A stretch of 64,000 nt of DNA from NCBI GenBank assembly GCA_041690395.1, contig JAWLHJ010000003.1, forward strand, positions 512,001-576,000, read 5' to 3'. The stretch is from Longimicrobiales bacterium (GTDB taxonomy: Bacteria; Gemmatimonadota; Gemmatimonadetes; Longimicrobiales; Gaopeijiaceae). Below, in pieces: positions 1 to 10,188 of the stretch; position 1 is the stretch's first letter, and the number at the start of each line of letters is the position of its first letter. The notes beneath the pieces were generated by a model. That model was not told the DNA's origin. It did no database searches and saw only the letters and a list, made by a program, of their open reading frames with translations. A program made the position numbers and the translations under genes.

Positions 1-299
1 ACTCGGTGGTTCGTCATGAGGTTCATGACGTGATCGAGGTCGTCGTCGGGCTCGCTCGTCACGATCTCGCGCGTCATCACCGCGCGCACCCGGATCGCGG
101 CCAACGCCTCGGGCCCCCGCGCCGTGAGCTTGAGGATGTCCCGCTCCGAGACGATGCCCACGGGTCGGTCGTCCTCCACCACGACCGTCGCACCGATGTT
201 GTGGCGGACGAGCGTCCGAACCACGTCGAGCACCGTTCGGTCGGGGTCGATCGTGACCACGTTCGAGCCCTTCGACCGCAGAACGTCCGAGATCCTCAT
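1..299 (-). CDS. CBS-domain protein (3' end outside window)
   Basis: Not in ORF track. Manual translation from ATG at 299 gives MRISDVLRSKGSNVVTIDPDRTVLDVVRTLVRHNIGATVVVEDDRPVGIVSERDIL...VMTREIVT, a CBS pair. GGAGG RBS upstream. Confidence 0.85.
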   Translation of the reverse strand, partial: MRISDVLRSKGSNVVTIDPDRTVLDVVRTLVRHNIGATVVVEDDRPVGIVSERDILKLTARGPEALAAIRVRAVMTREIVTSEPDDDLDHVMNLMTNHR

Positions 300-417
300 G
301 CTCAGATCCTCCCTCCGGGGTCCCCGGGGGTCCGCGCGCGGGGCGCGGCCCCACGAGGTCAAGGTATCGGTCGGTCGAGGGGCGCGAAACCGCGCCGGGG
401 TACCTTTCGCGCGAGAT

Positions 418-558
418 GCGAAAGTCGTTCGAAAGTCGAAACACTTTCGCGAGGATCGTCGTGGTGAACCCGCGGCCGGATCCCAGCGCCACACGGAGCT
501 TTCCGGCGTCTACGCCGTCCTGGGGGTGACTGCGCGGGTCGTTCGAAAGTCGAACGAT
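418..558. repeat. Two copies of a 17-bp hairpin-forming repeat GTCGTTCGAAAGTCGAA
   Basis: Copies at 424-440 and 538-554. The first lies inside a GCGAAAGT...ACTTTCGC stem (418-450). The second forms TCGTTCGA-AAG-TCGAACGA. Confidence 0.7.
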
Positions 559-608
559 CTCCATCACACCGAGACGCGCCCCCTTCCACCTCGAGACCCG
601 CCTCCCGC

Positions 609-1832
609 CTAGGCCGACACCCGGTCCCGCCCGCCCCGCTTGGCCCGGTACAGCGCCTTGTCCGCCTTGGCGAGCACGACCGCCGGTGCGGCGTCGGCCG
701 CCGCCTTCGAGTCCGCCGCCCCGACCGACACGGTCACCGACAGCGTGCGATCGGCCCGCGCGGGCTTCTTCGCACCCCCACTTCGCCTGGCCTTGCCGGC
801 CTCCTTCCGCGCCGGCCGACTCCAGCGGCGTAGGGAGAAGCGGGCCGACGCCACGGAGGCGCGTACCGACTCCAGGTACGGTATGGCCTCCTGTCGCTCG
901 AGCCCGCGGTAGAGGAGCGTGAACTCCTCGCCTCCGTACCGGTAGGCACGCCCGCCGGCCGGGGCCTTGGCGAGTCGGCTCGCCACGAGCCGGAGTACCT
1001 GGTCGCCGACGTCGTGGCCGTGCTTGTCGTTGAACTTCTTGAAGTGGTCGACGTCGACCATCGCGAGGGTGTAGGTCCCGCTGAGCCCGTCGAGATCGCG
1101 CATCAGCGAGCGGCGTCCGGGGAGACCGGTCAGCTCGTCCCGGTACGCCATGGCGTAGGACGTCTCGAGCACGGCGAGTCCGAGCGTCAGGGACGCCGCC
1201 ATGCGGAGCAGCGACGCCGTGGAGCCTTCCGCGCCGGGCAAGGCCGACCCGACCACGAGCGCGAAGCTCCACAACGCAGCGCGCTCCACAGGTCCCCTGC
1301 GCCGGTAGGCCGCCGCGATGGCCAGCAGGAGTCCGAGGGCGACCACCGCCAGCGCCTGCGGCGAGGCATTCAGCCAGGGGAAGGCGTCCGGTGGCTCCGC
1401 CGAGGTCGGAGCGAACGCGGTGAGCGCGGGAATTCCCCGGGACAGACCGATGGTCCAGGCCGCGGCGAACCCCAGAGCGCCGAGGAGGTGACCCACGCCC
1501 ACGACCGACGTCACGCCCCGGTCACGTGCCACCGCGCCCAGCCCCAGGAGCGCCGCCATCGCGACGCCGAGCGCGGGCCGGTCGGGCTCCGCCACCATCC
1601 CCGCCCGCGCCACCGCCTCGACGACGGCGAGCGCCGCCACGAGCGCGAGCACGCGGCTCCGGTGGAACGCGACGGCGAGCCCGGCCGCGACCACGTAGGC
1701 GATCGGACCGTACCAGCCGACGATCGTCGCGGCGAGGTCTTCCCGACCCGGCGGGGCGTAGAAGAGAACGGCGATCGCGAGGCCCGCTACCACCCCACCG
1801 GGGAAGAGCCAGCGAAGGAGGGTACGTATCAT
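609..1832 (-). CDS. Membrane-anchored GGDEF diguanylate cyclase
   Basis: Multi-TM N-terminus, DELTGLPGRR, DVDHFKKFND, RYGGEEF, ADKALYRAK. Start placed at MIRTLL. Confidence 0.9.
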   Translation of the reverse strand: MIRTLLRWLFPGGVVAGLAIAVLFYAPPGREDLAATIVGWYGPIAYVVAAGLAVAFHRSRVLALVAALAVVEAVARAGMVAEPDRPALGVAMAALLGLGAVARDRGVTSVVGVGHLLGALGFAAAWTIGLSRGIPALTAFAPTSAEPPDAFPWLNASPQALAVVALGLLLAIAAAYRRRGPVERAALWSFALVVGSALPGAEGSTASLLRMAASLTLGLAVLETSYAMAYRDELTGLPGRRSLMRDLDGLSGTYTLAMVDVDHFKKFNDKHGHDVGDQVLRLVASRLAKAPAGGRAYRYGGEEFTLLYRGLERQEAIPYLESVRASVASARFSLRRWSRPARKEAGKARRSGGAKKPARADRTLSVTVSVGAADSKAAADAAPAVVLAKADKALYRAKRGGRDRVSA

Positions 1833-1962
1833 CCTCGGGAGGGGCGTGGGGGAGGAAGGCGTGGCGGGAGGAAGGTAGGCTCGACGGCCCACCCGTCAAC
1901 GCGCATACTCATATCGGTGGCGTGTCCGCCACCCGCTCCGCACATCCCCCGGAAACGACGCT

Positions 1963-2601
1963 TTGCGCGACCTCCTCCTCTTCTTCGTTTCGCTCTTTTC
2001 GATCGTGAACCCGCTGTCGGTCATCCCGACCTTCATGGGGCTCACGCACGACGCCACGAAGACCGAGCTGCGCCGCATCACGCGACAGGCTTCCTTCTCG
2101 GTCTTCCTGATTCTGATGGCGTCCTACACCGCCGGCGAGGCCGTGCTGGGCTTCTTCTCGATCAGCGTGGCTTCCCTGCGGATCGCCGGAGGAGTCCTGA
2201 TCTTCGGCATGGCGTGGTCGATGCTCCAGGCCACCGTCAGCCGGGCCAAGCAGACCCGGGAGGAGGCCGCCGAGGCGCCCGAGCGGCAGAGTATCGCCGT
2301 CGTGCCGCTGGCCATGCCGCTCCTCGCCGGACCGGGATCGATCAGCCTCATGATCATCGTCGCGGGACGGATGGACGGGATCTCCAACCACGTCATCGTC
2401 CTCCTCGGAACCGCCCTCCTCGCGCTCGTGACGTGGGTGGTCCTGCTCGCGGCCGGCCCCATCGCCCGCGCGCTGGGCCGGACCGGGCTCAACGTCGCGA
2501 CGCGGTTCATGGGACTCATCCTCGCCGCGATCGCCGTCGAGTTCATCACCTCCGGGCTGCTGGACATCTTCCCGGGATGGGCGGCCGGCACGGAACCCTG
2601 A
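1963..2601 (+). CDS. MarC/YchE (NAAT) family membrane protein
   Basis: [41 protein letters not shown]. Confidence 0.9.
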   Translation: MRDLLLFFVSLFSIVNPLSVIPTFMGLTHDATKTELRRITRQASFSVFLILMASYTAGEAVLGFFSISVASLRIAGGVLIFGMAWSMLQATVSRAKQTREEAAEAPERQSIAVVPLAMPLLAGPGSISLMIIVAGRMDGISNHVIVLLGTALLALVTWVVLLAAGPIARALGRTGLNVATRFMGLILAAIAVEFITSGLLDIFPGWAAGTEP

Positions 2602-2659
2602 CCGTCGCCGAGGGGTTCGTAAAGCGGCCCCCGGACCGACCCTCCAGCCTCCACGATCC

Positions 2660-3616
2660 ATGATCATTCGCCGCCCCCCGCACATCCCGTCCTCGGAGAT
2701 CACGCCCGAGAGCGTGTACGTGAACCGCCGGACGTTCATCAAGGCGGCCGCGCTGGGCGGTGCCGGGCTGGCCATCGGTCCGGACGCGCTGGGCGCGCTG
2801 GACACGTCCGATGCTCAGGAGGTCCCCGCGCGCTTCAGGGACATGCGCTCGGAGCTCGACGAGGAGCTCAACTCGTACCGGGACATCACGACCTACAACA
2901 ACTTCTACGAGTTCGGTACCGGGAAGGACGACCCCCACAAGAACTCCGGGGATTTCCGGCCGCGCCCGTGGACCGTGAAGATCGACGGGCACGTCGACAA
3001 GCCGGGCGACTACCAGCTCGAGGACTTCCTGGCGCCTCACACCATGGAGGACCGGGTCTACCGGCTACGCTGCGTCGAGGCCTGGTCGATGGTGATCCCG
3101 TGGTACGGGTTTCCGCTCGCCGACCTGGTGAGGCGCGTCGAGCCCACGGGGAACGCGCGCTATCTCGAGTTCACGACGCTCGTGCGGCCTTCAGAGATGC
3201 CCGGCCAGCGCACCGGCGTGCTCGACTGGCCGTACGTCGAAGGGCTGCGCATCGACGAAGCCATGCATCCGCTGACGCTGCTCGCGACCGGCGTCTACGG
3301 CATGGACCTCCCGAACCAGAACGGCGCGCCCCTCCGACTGGTCGTCCCGTGGAAGTACGGCTTCAAGGGCATCAAGTCGATCGTGCGCATCCGGTTCGTC
3401 GAGGAGATGCCGCTCAACACATGGCAGCGGCAGACCCCGAGCGAGTACGGCTTCTACGCGAACGTGAATCCGAACGTCGATCATCCGCGCTGGAGCCAGG
3501 CGCGGGAACGGCGGCTCCCGGGGCTCTTCAAGAACCACGAGACGCTGATGTTCAACGGGTACACGGAAGAGGTGCAGCACCTCTACGCCGGCATGGATCT
3601 CCGTCGCTGGTACTGA
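2660..3616 (+). CDS. msrP: Protein-methionine-sulfoxide reductase catalytic subunit MsrP
   Basis: Tat motif [46 protein letters not shown]. Confidence 0.97.
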   Translation: MIIRRPPHIPSSEITPESVYVNRRTFIKAAALGGAGLAIGPDALGALDTSDAQEVPARFRDMRSELDEELNSYRDITTYNNFYEFGTGKDDPHKNSGDFRPRPWTVKIDGHVDKPGDYQLEDFLAPHTMEDRVYRLRCVEAWSMVIPWYGFPLADLVRRVEPTGNARYLEFTTLVRPSEMPGQRTGVLDWPYVEGLRIDEAMHPLTLLATGVYGMDLPNQNGAPLRLVVPWKYGFKGIKSIVRIRFVEEMPLNTWQRQTPSEYGFYANVNPNVDHPRWSQARERRLPGLFKNHETLMFNGYTEEVQHLYAGMDLRRWY

Positions 3617-3641
3617 GCCGGGCCGCGCGTCGGATCCCCCG

Positions 3642-4262
3642 ATGACGACGAAAGCGACCGTCCGCAGCCTGAAGGTCGTCCTCTGGATCGCCGCTCTGGC
3701 CCCCGCGGCCTGGCTCGTGCGCGGCGTCATGCAGGGCGAGCTCGGCGCCAACCCCATCGAGACGCTGACGCACACCACGGGCATGACCGCCCTGGTGCTC
3801 CTGCTGGTGACACTCGCCGTGTCTCCGGTGCGCAAGCTCTCCGGGTGGAACCCGGTGATCCGCCTGCGGCGCCCCCTCGGGCTGTTCGCGTTTTTCTACG
3901 CGGTGTGCCACTTCTCCATCTGGTTTGTGTTCGACATGGTCTTCAACGTCGGGTGGATGCTCGAGGACATCGCCGAACGCCCCTACATCACCGTGGGGAT
4001 GGCGGCTTTGCTGCTCCTCATCCCGCTGGCGGTGACTTCCACCAGGGGTTGGATCAGGCGACTCGGGAAGCGGTGGGCCAAGCTGCACAGGCTGGTATAC
4101 GTCGCGACCGGCCTGGGCGTCCTGCACTACTTCTGGCTGGTCAAGTCGGACTACCGGCTGCCCTCGTTCCTGGCCGTCTGCCTCCTGATCCTGCTGATCG
4201 CCCGGGCGCCGATCGCGCGTCTCACCGCACCGAGGAAGCCGGTGGAGCGCTCGACCGGCTGA
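3642..4262 (+). CDS. msrQ: Heme-binding membrane subunit MsrQ
   Basis: Follows msrP. RRPLGLFAFFYAVCH, LAVTST, WAKLHRLVY, LHYFWLVK. Confidence 0.95.
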   Translation: MTTKATVRSLKVVLWIAALAPAAWLVRGVMQGELGANPIETLTHTTGMTALVLLLVTLAVSPVRKLSGWNPVIRLRRPLGLFAFFYAVCHFSIWFVFDMVFNVGWMLEDIAERPYITVGMAALLLLIPLAVTSTRGWIRRLGKRWAKLHRLVYVATGLGVLHYFWLVKSDYRLPSFLAVCLLILLIARAPIARLTAPRKPVERSTG

Positions 4263-4278
4263 TCGAGCGCTCCACCGG
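4239..4278. terminator. 16-bp perfect inverted repeat between convergent genes (probable bidirectional terminator)
   Basis: CCGGTGGAGCGCTCGA-ccggctga-TCGAGCGCTCCACCGG spanning the msrQ stop. No U-tract. Confidence 0.55.
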
Positions 4279-4286
4279 GCCGTCCC

Positions 4287-5147
4287 TCAGTCGTTCGCGA
4301 AGACCGTCTCCATCACCTCGTCGGGAAGCGTCTCCGCGCATTTGCGGCCGACGATCGCGAAGTAGTTCAGCGGCGCTCCGTCGATGGAGAAGCGGTGCTG
4401 GTACCGCTCCAGGTGGTGCAGGTCCAGATACTCCGAGAAGATCAGCTGGCGCACCATCGTGCTGAAGCCGCTCTCGTCGCTCGCGTCGAGGAAGGAATCC
4501 TTGATGTTGAACGCGATCCACCCGCCGACCTCCACCAGGTTCATCGCCTCGGCGACGGCCCTTGGCGGAATGTCCCCGAAGCCGAGCGCGGCAACGGACA
4601 CCATGCAGTTGAACGACCACGACCGGAGCTCGGCTCGCAGCTCCTCCTGCACGTCCGTGAAGTCGGCCACGTAGTAGTGGTCGTAGATGCCGGGGCGATC
4701 GCGAATGGTCGCCTCCCGGGCTTCTTCGATGATGTCGACGCCCACCAGGCGGGACACGCCGCGGGCCGCGAGCTCCTCGCCGACCATGCCGTTTCCGGCG
4801 CCGAGATCGAGGACACGGAGCTCGGAGGGGTGTTCGTGATCCTTCAGGACGGCCGCCTGGAGCACGTCCGCGACCTTCGTCGGGGACTTGCACTTGAGCC
4901 GGTCATAGAAGAGTTGTTCGTAGAGGCCGCGTCGATCGTAGATCTCGGCGTAATCGTGGAACCGGATCCGCGTGCGGCCGTCGCCGTTGGCGAGAAAGAA
5001 GAAGGCCTCGTGCTGGTCGGGCTCGTCCCCGCCGGGAGGAGGGAATTCGATCCGGTACCTGGGCATGTCGAGGGGCTTGAGGGCTCCGCCGTTCATCTCC
5101 GGGAGGCGTTCTCGAGTCAGGGTATGCATCATGGTCGCAGGCTTCAC
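4287..5147 (-). CDS. Class I SAM-dependent methyltransferase
   Basis: VLDLGAGNG motif I, LVGVDI. Start codon uncertain. Confidence 0.8.
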   Translation of the reverse strand: MKPATMMHTLTRERLPEMNGGALKPLDMPRYRIEFPPPGGDEPDQHEAFFFLANGDGRTRIRFHDYAEIYDRRGLYEQLFYDRLKCKSPTKVADVLQAAVLKDHEHPSELRVLDLGAGNGMVGEELAARGVSRLVGVDIIEEAREATIRDRPGIYDHYYVADFTDVQEELRAELRSWSFNCMVSVAALGFGDIPPRAVAEAMNLVEVGGWIAFNIKDSFLDASDESGFSTMVRQLIFSEYLDLHHLERYQHRFSIDGAPLNYFAIVGRKCAETLPDEVMETVFAND

Positions 5148-5207
5148 GTTTGAAAGGATGGCGTTCGACTCCGCGCTGATAGATGGTTGCCGGGTGCGGC
5201 CAAGTCG

Positions 5208-5999
5208 ATGATCGATCTGTTAAAGATAAGCAAAATATACACTTCGGGCTCACCCCCCGCCCTGGACGACGTCACGCTCTCCGTCGAGGAGGGAGAGACG
5301 CTGGCGCTTCTCGGATCGTCGGGGTCGGGCAAGACGACCGCGCTGAAGCTGGTGAATCGCCTCGAGGACCCCACCTCGGGCACCGTTCGCGTCGCCGGGC
5401 GCGACGTGTCCGGCGTGGACGTCCACGAGCTCCGCCGCTCCATCGGATACGTCTTCCAGGGGGTCGGCCTCTTCCCCCACCTGACCGTCGGCGAGAACGT
5501 GGGCGTGGTGCCCCGGCTGCAGGGTTGGGACGCGACCCGGATCCGGGCGCGAGCGACCGAGCTGCTCGACCTCGTCGGGCTCCCGGCCGACCGGTTCCGC
5601 GACCGGTATCCGGACCAACTCTCCGGCGGTCAGGCGCAACGGGTCGGCGTGGCGCGGGCCCTCGCCGCGGACCCGGAGATCCTCCTGATGGACGAGCCCT
5701 TCGGCGCCCTCGACGCGGTCACGCGGGTCCGCCTCCAGGACGAGCTCGTCGACCTCAAGGCGAGGCTCGGCCGCACCATCGTCTTCGTCACCCACGACCT
5801 GGTCGAGGCGCTGAAGCTCGGCGACCGGGTGGCGATCCTCCACCGCGGCGAGCTCCACCAGGTGGGCACCGGGCGGGAGCTGTACCGGAACCCGGAGACG
5901 CCGTTCGTGCGGGACCTGCTCAGCCAGCTCGAGAGCCAGATGCGCGAGGCGGAGCGGCTCCTGGGAGCGGACGCGCCCGCCCCCGGAGGCGATGCATGA
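5208..5999 (+). CDS. Osmoprotectant (OpuC/OsmV-type) ABC transporter ATP-binding subunit
   Basis: GSSGSGKTT, LSGGQAQRVGVARALAADPEILLMDEPFGALD, VTHD. Confidence 0.92.
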   Translation: MIDLLKISKIYTSGSPPALDDVTLSVEEGETLALLGSSGSGKTTALKLVNRLEDPTSGTVRVAGRDVSGVDVHELRRSIGYVFQGVGLFPHLTVGENVGVVPRLQGWDATRIRARATELLDLVGLPADRFRDRYPDQLSGGQAQRVGVARALAADPEILLMDEPFGALDAVTRVRLQDELVDLKARLGRTIVFVTHDLVEALKLGDRVAILHRGELHQVGTGRELYRNPETPFVRDLLSQLESQMREAERLLGADAPAPGGDA

Positions 6000-7576
6000 G
6001 CGCGCTCGTCGAGGCGTTCGCGACACGAGCGCCGGAGGTGTGGCTGCGAACGCTCGAGCATCTCATGCTCACCGGCATCTCGACGGTGGCCGCGGTGCTG
6101 GTCGGGGTCCCCGTGGGGGTGCTCGCGTTCTTCCGACCCCGCCTGCGATCGGCGCTCCTCTCCGGGGTCGGCATCCTGCAGACCGTCCCGAGCCTGGCCA
6201 TGCTCGCGCTCCTCCTCGTCGCGTTCGGGCGCATCGGGGTCGCGCCGGCGCTCGCGGCGCTCACCCTGTACGCGCTCCTGCCGGTGGTCCGGAACACCCT
6301 CGTGGGGCTCGAGGGCGTGGACGACGACGTCGGGGCGGCCGCGCGCGGGCTCGGCATGACCCCGTCCCAGGAGTTGCTCCGCGTCCGGCTCCCCCTCGCC
6401 CTCCCCGTCCTCGCCGCCGGCGTCAGAACCGCCGCCGTGATCGGGGTCGGCATCGCCACGCTGTCGGCCTTCATCGGCGCCGGCGGGCTGGGTCAGTTCA
6501 TCAACCGCGGTCTGGCGCTCTCCGACACGGGCCTCATCCTGCTCGGCGCCGTCCCGGCCGGCATCCTCGCGCTCATCGTCGACGGATCGATCGCCGGCGT
6601 GGAGTGGGCGGCCGACGCGCGGCGCCACCGTGACGCCCGGACCGCGGGTCGCCGACTCCTCCGCATGGCGGTCGCCACGGCTCCGCTCGTGCTTCTGGTG
6701 GTGCCGTCCGTCCTGCTCGCCCTCGGCAGCCGCGGGGGTCCGACCTCCGGTGGCGGGCGTGTCACCATCTGCACGAAGAACTTCACGGAGCAGCTCGTGC
6801 TGGGCGAGCTCATGGCCCAGGTGATCGAGGCCCGCACCGACCTGTCGGTCGACCGCCGGTTCAACATGGGCGGCACGGTCATCTGTCACCGAGCGCTGGT
6901 GGCGGGTGAGGTGGACGTGTATCCCGAGTACACGGGGACGGCGCTCACGGCCATACTGGGAATGGAGCCCGGCCCGGACGACGGCCCCGACCAGGTCATG
7001 CAGGAGGTCCGAACCCGCTACGCCCGCGACTTCGACGTTCGGTGGCTCGAGCCGTTCGGCTTCGACAACACCTACGTGCTGCTCGCAGATCCGGACGTCG
7101 CGGATTCGCTCGACTGGTCGCGGGCGTCGGACCTCGCGGACGCGGCGTCCGGGCTGTCGGTCGGGTTCACCTCCGAGTTCGCGGAGCGCGCGGACGGGTA
7201 CCCCGGCTTCGTCGAGCACTACGGCTTCTCGTTCGGCGCCGAGCGCGACCTCGACCCGGGCATCCTCTACCAGGCCGTCGCCGGCGGGGAGGTCGACGTG
7301 GTGTTCGGCTTCGCCACGGACGGACGGATCGACAGCTACGGGCTGGAAGTCCTGGCCGACGACCGGGCCTTCTTCCCCCCGTACGAAGCCGCACCGCTGG
7401 CGCGAATGGACGCCCTCGAAGCGAACCCCGGGCTCGGGCCGGCCCTCTCCGCGCTGGCCGGCGAGCTCCCGGACTCCACCATGCGCCGCCTCAACCGGGA
7501 AGCCGACGAGGGAACGGGCAACGTCGCCGAGATCGTGCGGCGGTTCGTCGAGGAGCGCGGGCTCGGCGGGTCCTGA
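5996..7576 (+). CDS. Fused permease + glycine betaine/choline-type substrate-binding protein
   Basis: ATGA overlap with the ATPase gene. QTVPSLA, AARGLGMT, FIGAGGLG, KNFTEQ, YPEYTGT, GFDNTY, FFPPY. The track ORF 5183..7576 is over-extended. Confidence 0.9.
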   Translation: MSALVEAFATRAPEVWLRTLEHLMLTGISTVAAVLVGVPVGVLAFFRPRLRSALLSGVGILQTVPSLAMLALLLVAFGRIGVAPALAALTLYALLPVVRNTLVGLEGVDDDVGAAARGLGMTPSQELLRVRLPLALPVLAAGVRTAAVIGVGIATLSAFIGAGGLGQFINRGLALSDTGLILLGAVPAGILALIVDGSIAGVEWAADARRHRDARTAGRRLLRMAVATAPLVLLVVPSVLLALGSRGGPTSGGGRVTICTKNFTEQLVLGELMAQVIEARTDLSVDRRFNMGGTVICHRALVAGEVDVYPEYTGTALTAILGMEPGPDDGPDQVMQEVRTRYARDFDVRWLEPFGFDNTYVLLADPDVADSLDWSRASDLADAASGLSVGFTSEFAERADGYPGFVEHYGFSFGAERDLDPGILYQAVAGGEVDVVFGFATDGRIDSYGLEVLADDRAFFPPYEAAPLARMDALEANPGLGPALSALAGELPDSTMRRLNREADEGTGNVAEIVRRFVEERGLGGS

Positions 7577-7602
7577 CGGCCGCGGCCGGCCGGCGCGGGC
7601 CC

Positions 7603-7742
7603 GGCGGGTGAGGAGGGGGGGCCGGCGGGTGAGGAGCGCCGGCCCGGGCGGGTGAGGAGCGCCGGCCCCGGGTGGCGCAAACCCGCCATCGGGTCGGCCC
7701 ACCGTACGCGAATGAAAGGTTGACCCCGCTCAGCGGGGTCAA
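7603..7742. repeat. Intergenic GGCGGGTGAGGAG x3 direct repeats plus an 11-bp palindrome
   Basis: Three copies within 7603-7660. TTGACCCCGCT-C-AGCGGGGTCAA at 7720-7742, between convergent genes. Confidence 0.65.
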
Positions 7743-7849
7743 TCCACCATTTCCTCCCGCTGGGCCGCGGCGCCTGTGAGGTTCACCGCCGTCCACGGCG
7801 ACAAGCCGCCCGCCGACGCGTGACACCGGAGGATTGTCCGGTTCCCGCC

Positions 7850-9379
7850 TCAGCCCCGGGCGATCTCCTCGAGAAAGGCGCCGCCGTAGCGCTCGAGCTT
7901 GACCTCGCCGACACCCGGAACGTCGAGCAACTCGGTGGCCGAGCCGGGGCGCCGCCGCGCCATCTCGCGGAGCGTCCGGTCATTGAACACCACGTACGCC
8001 GGAACGCCCTGACGCTCGGCGACGTTCCGCCGCAGATCGCGCAGCCGCTCGAAGAGCTGCACGGATCCCTCGGGCAGTGGCTCGTCACCAACCGGCGAGC
8101 TCGACGACCGCCGCCGGGCACCCGCGCCGCGCGCCACGCCGTGCTCGACCATCGCCTCCGCCGCGGTGTCGGCGACGGCCTCCCCCGTGCACACGTCGCA
8201 CGAGAAGTCGCAGTCGCTCATCTCCTCGTCGAAATGCCGGAGGATGCTCCGGTGCCGACACGTCCCGGACTCCACCATACGGAACAGGTCGACCGTGGCG
8301 CGGTGTCGCCGCTCCCGCACGCCCGGGTCCTCGATGTCGCTCAGGAAGCGCTCGTGCAGCTTCACGTCCGCCCACGAATAGAAGAGCACGCAGTCGCTCT
8401 CCAGGCCGTCGCGGCCGGCGCGCCCCATCTCCTGGTACCACGACTCGACGTCCTTCGGCATGTCCCGGTGGATCACGAAGCGCACGTCCGGCTTGTCGAT
8501 GCCCATGCCGAACGCGACCGTCGCCACCACGACATCGACCTCGTCGTTGCGGAACGCATCCTGGTTCCGGATCCGCTGCTCGTCGGGTAGCCCGGCGTGG
8601 TACGGGAGCGCCCGCACGCCGTTCGCCTCCAGGAACTCGGTGGTCTGCTCGACGCCGCGCCGGCTGAGGCAGTACACGATGCCGCTCTCCCCCGCCCGCC
8701 GGCGGATCAGCGCGAGGATCTCGCTCTTCGTGTTCCCCTTCCCTTTCTTGCGGCATCCGACGAGCAGATTCGGGCGAAAGAAGGAGCCCTTGTATCCCGA
8801 GGGCTTCCGCATGCCGAGCTGCCGCAGGATGTCGCGCGCCACGGCGCGCGTCGCCGTCGCCGTGAGGGCGAGGACCGGGACGTCGAGCCCCTCCTTCAGA
8901 CCCGCCAGCCGCCGGTACGACGGACGAAAGTCGTGCCCCCACTGAGAGATGCAGTGCGCCTCGTCGACCACCACGAGCGAGATCGGACAGGACGAGACGA
9001 AGTCGCCCAGGTGCCCGTCCAGCGCCTCGGGCGCCAGGTAGACCAGCTCATAGTCGCCGCGGCGCAGCCCCGCCAGCCGCTCCCGCCGTTCCTCGTACGA
9101 CAGCGTCGAGTTGATCTCGACGGCCTGGAAGCCGAGCGCCTGGACGGCGTCGACCTGGTCCTTCATGAGGGAGATCAGCGGCGACACCACCAGCACCGTG
9201 CCCTGAAGCATGCGCGCAGGAAGCTGGTAGGTGAGCGACTTTCCGGCCCCGGTCGGCATGACCGCGATGCAGTCCTCGCCGGCCAGAACCGCGTCGATGA
9301 CCTCGCGCTGTCCGGGTCGGAAGGTGTCGAATCCGAAGATCTGTCGGAGGACGGCGGTCGGGTCGGTGGATTGCTGCAC
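7850..9379 (-). CDS. recQ: RecQ-family ATP-dependent DNA helicase with HRDC domain
   Basis: [48 protein letters not shown], Zn cysteines, C-terminal HRDC (VPAYVVFND). Confidence 0.93.
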   Translation of the reverse strand: MQQSTDPTAVLRQIFGFDTFRPGQREVIDAVLAGEDCIAVMPTGAGKSLTYQLPARMLQGTVLVVSPLISLMKDQVDAVQALGFQAVEINSTLSYEERRERLAGLRRGDYELVYLAPEALDGHLGDFVSSCPISLVVVDEAHCISQWGHDFRPSYRRLAGLKEGLDVPVLALTATATRAVARDILRQLGMRKPSGYKGSFFRPNLLVGCRKKGKGNTKSEILALIRRRAGESGIVYCLSRRGVEQTTEFLEANGVRALPYHAGLPDEQRIRNQDAFRNDEVDVVVATVAFGMGIDKPDVRFVIHRDMPKDVESWYQEMGRAGRDGLESDCVLFYSWADVKLHERFLSDIEDPGVRERRHRATVDLFRMVESGTCRHRSILRHFDEEMSDCDFSCDVCTGEAVADTAAEAMVEHGVARGAGARRRSSSSPVGDEPLPEGSVQLFERLRDLRRNVAERQGVPAYVVFNDRTLREMARRRPGSATELLDVPGVGEVKLERYGGAFLEEIARG

Positions 9380-9586
9380 GGCGCGGTGGGACGGGGTGGT
9401 CGGAGGGCGGTCTCCCTACATGAACCAAAACCCCACGCGAGGGACAGGCCCATGGTGTCACGGGCGCGCCGAGGGCGCTCGTCACGCCTGGCTCCGGCCC
9501 GCCCCCGATCCATTGCGAAACCCGGCCGGCGCGAGGCATCGTAGGAGCGTTCGCCGGCCTGCACTTCACACCCCGGGGAGGACCTC

Positions 9587-10006
9587 ATCTCACGCCGCCG
9601 CAACTCCGCGTTTCACGCGCTCGTGCTCCTCGCGATCCTCACCGTGACGGGGTGCTCCCGTTGGCAGCTCGCATCCTCCCCCACCCCGGCGGGACTCACC
9701 GACGAGCCGCCCGAACTCGTGCGGGTCACCCTCGGGAACGGTACACGCCTCGAGATCAGGGATCCGGTCGCCCGGAACGACTCCATCATCGGCACGACAC
9801 TCAGGCCCGTGTGCACGCTTGCCGATGCAATGAACCCGAATCGGGGATGCCCGGAGCGCCCCGTTCCCATCGGGGTGCAGGCCTCGGACGTGGCCGAGCT
9901 CGAGCTCCGCAGACGCAGCGTCATGCGGTCGACCGTGCTCATCACCGGCCTCCTGGCCGGCACGTACCAGGTCGTCCGTGTGAGCATCCGGGCGTTCGGA
10001 GCCTGA
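9587..10006 (+). CDS. Hypothetical lipoprotein (start at ATC 9587 or GTG 9623)
   Basis: Lipobox LTVTG-C. RBS GGGGAGG lies just before an in-frame ATC. Confidence 0.6.
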   Translation: MSRRRNSAFHALVLLAILTVTGCSRWQLASSPTPAGLTDEPPELVRVTLGNGTRLEIRDPVARNDSIIGTTLRPVCTLADAMNPNRGCPERPVPIGVQASDVAELELRRRSVMRSTVLITGLLAGTYQVVRVSIRAFGA

Positions 10007-10113
10007 AGACGCAGGCGCCGGGCCGTCCCGGTCGACGCACCGATCCGTCCTCAGAGTAGGACACACTCGAACCGCATCCGCCCGTCTTCCCTTTGATATC
10101 AGGGGATTTCCCG

Positions 10114-10133
10114 CTGGCACGCCCCCTGCACTT
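10114..10133 (+). promoter_or_regulatory. Sigma54-like -24/-12 promoter
   Basis: CTGGCACGCCCCCTGCACTT (GG-N10-GC), about 55 bp upstream of the ATG at 10189. Confidence 0.5.
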
Positions 10134-10188
10134 CCGTATCGGCGAGGACACGACACGAACGGGTCCCGAGACGTGAGGAGCAGAGAAG

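Noticed and set aside
5183..5995. 797-aa fusion ORF
   Set aside because: The N-terminal part is an off-frame overlap of the ABC ATPase; the real start is 5996.
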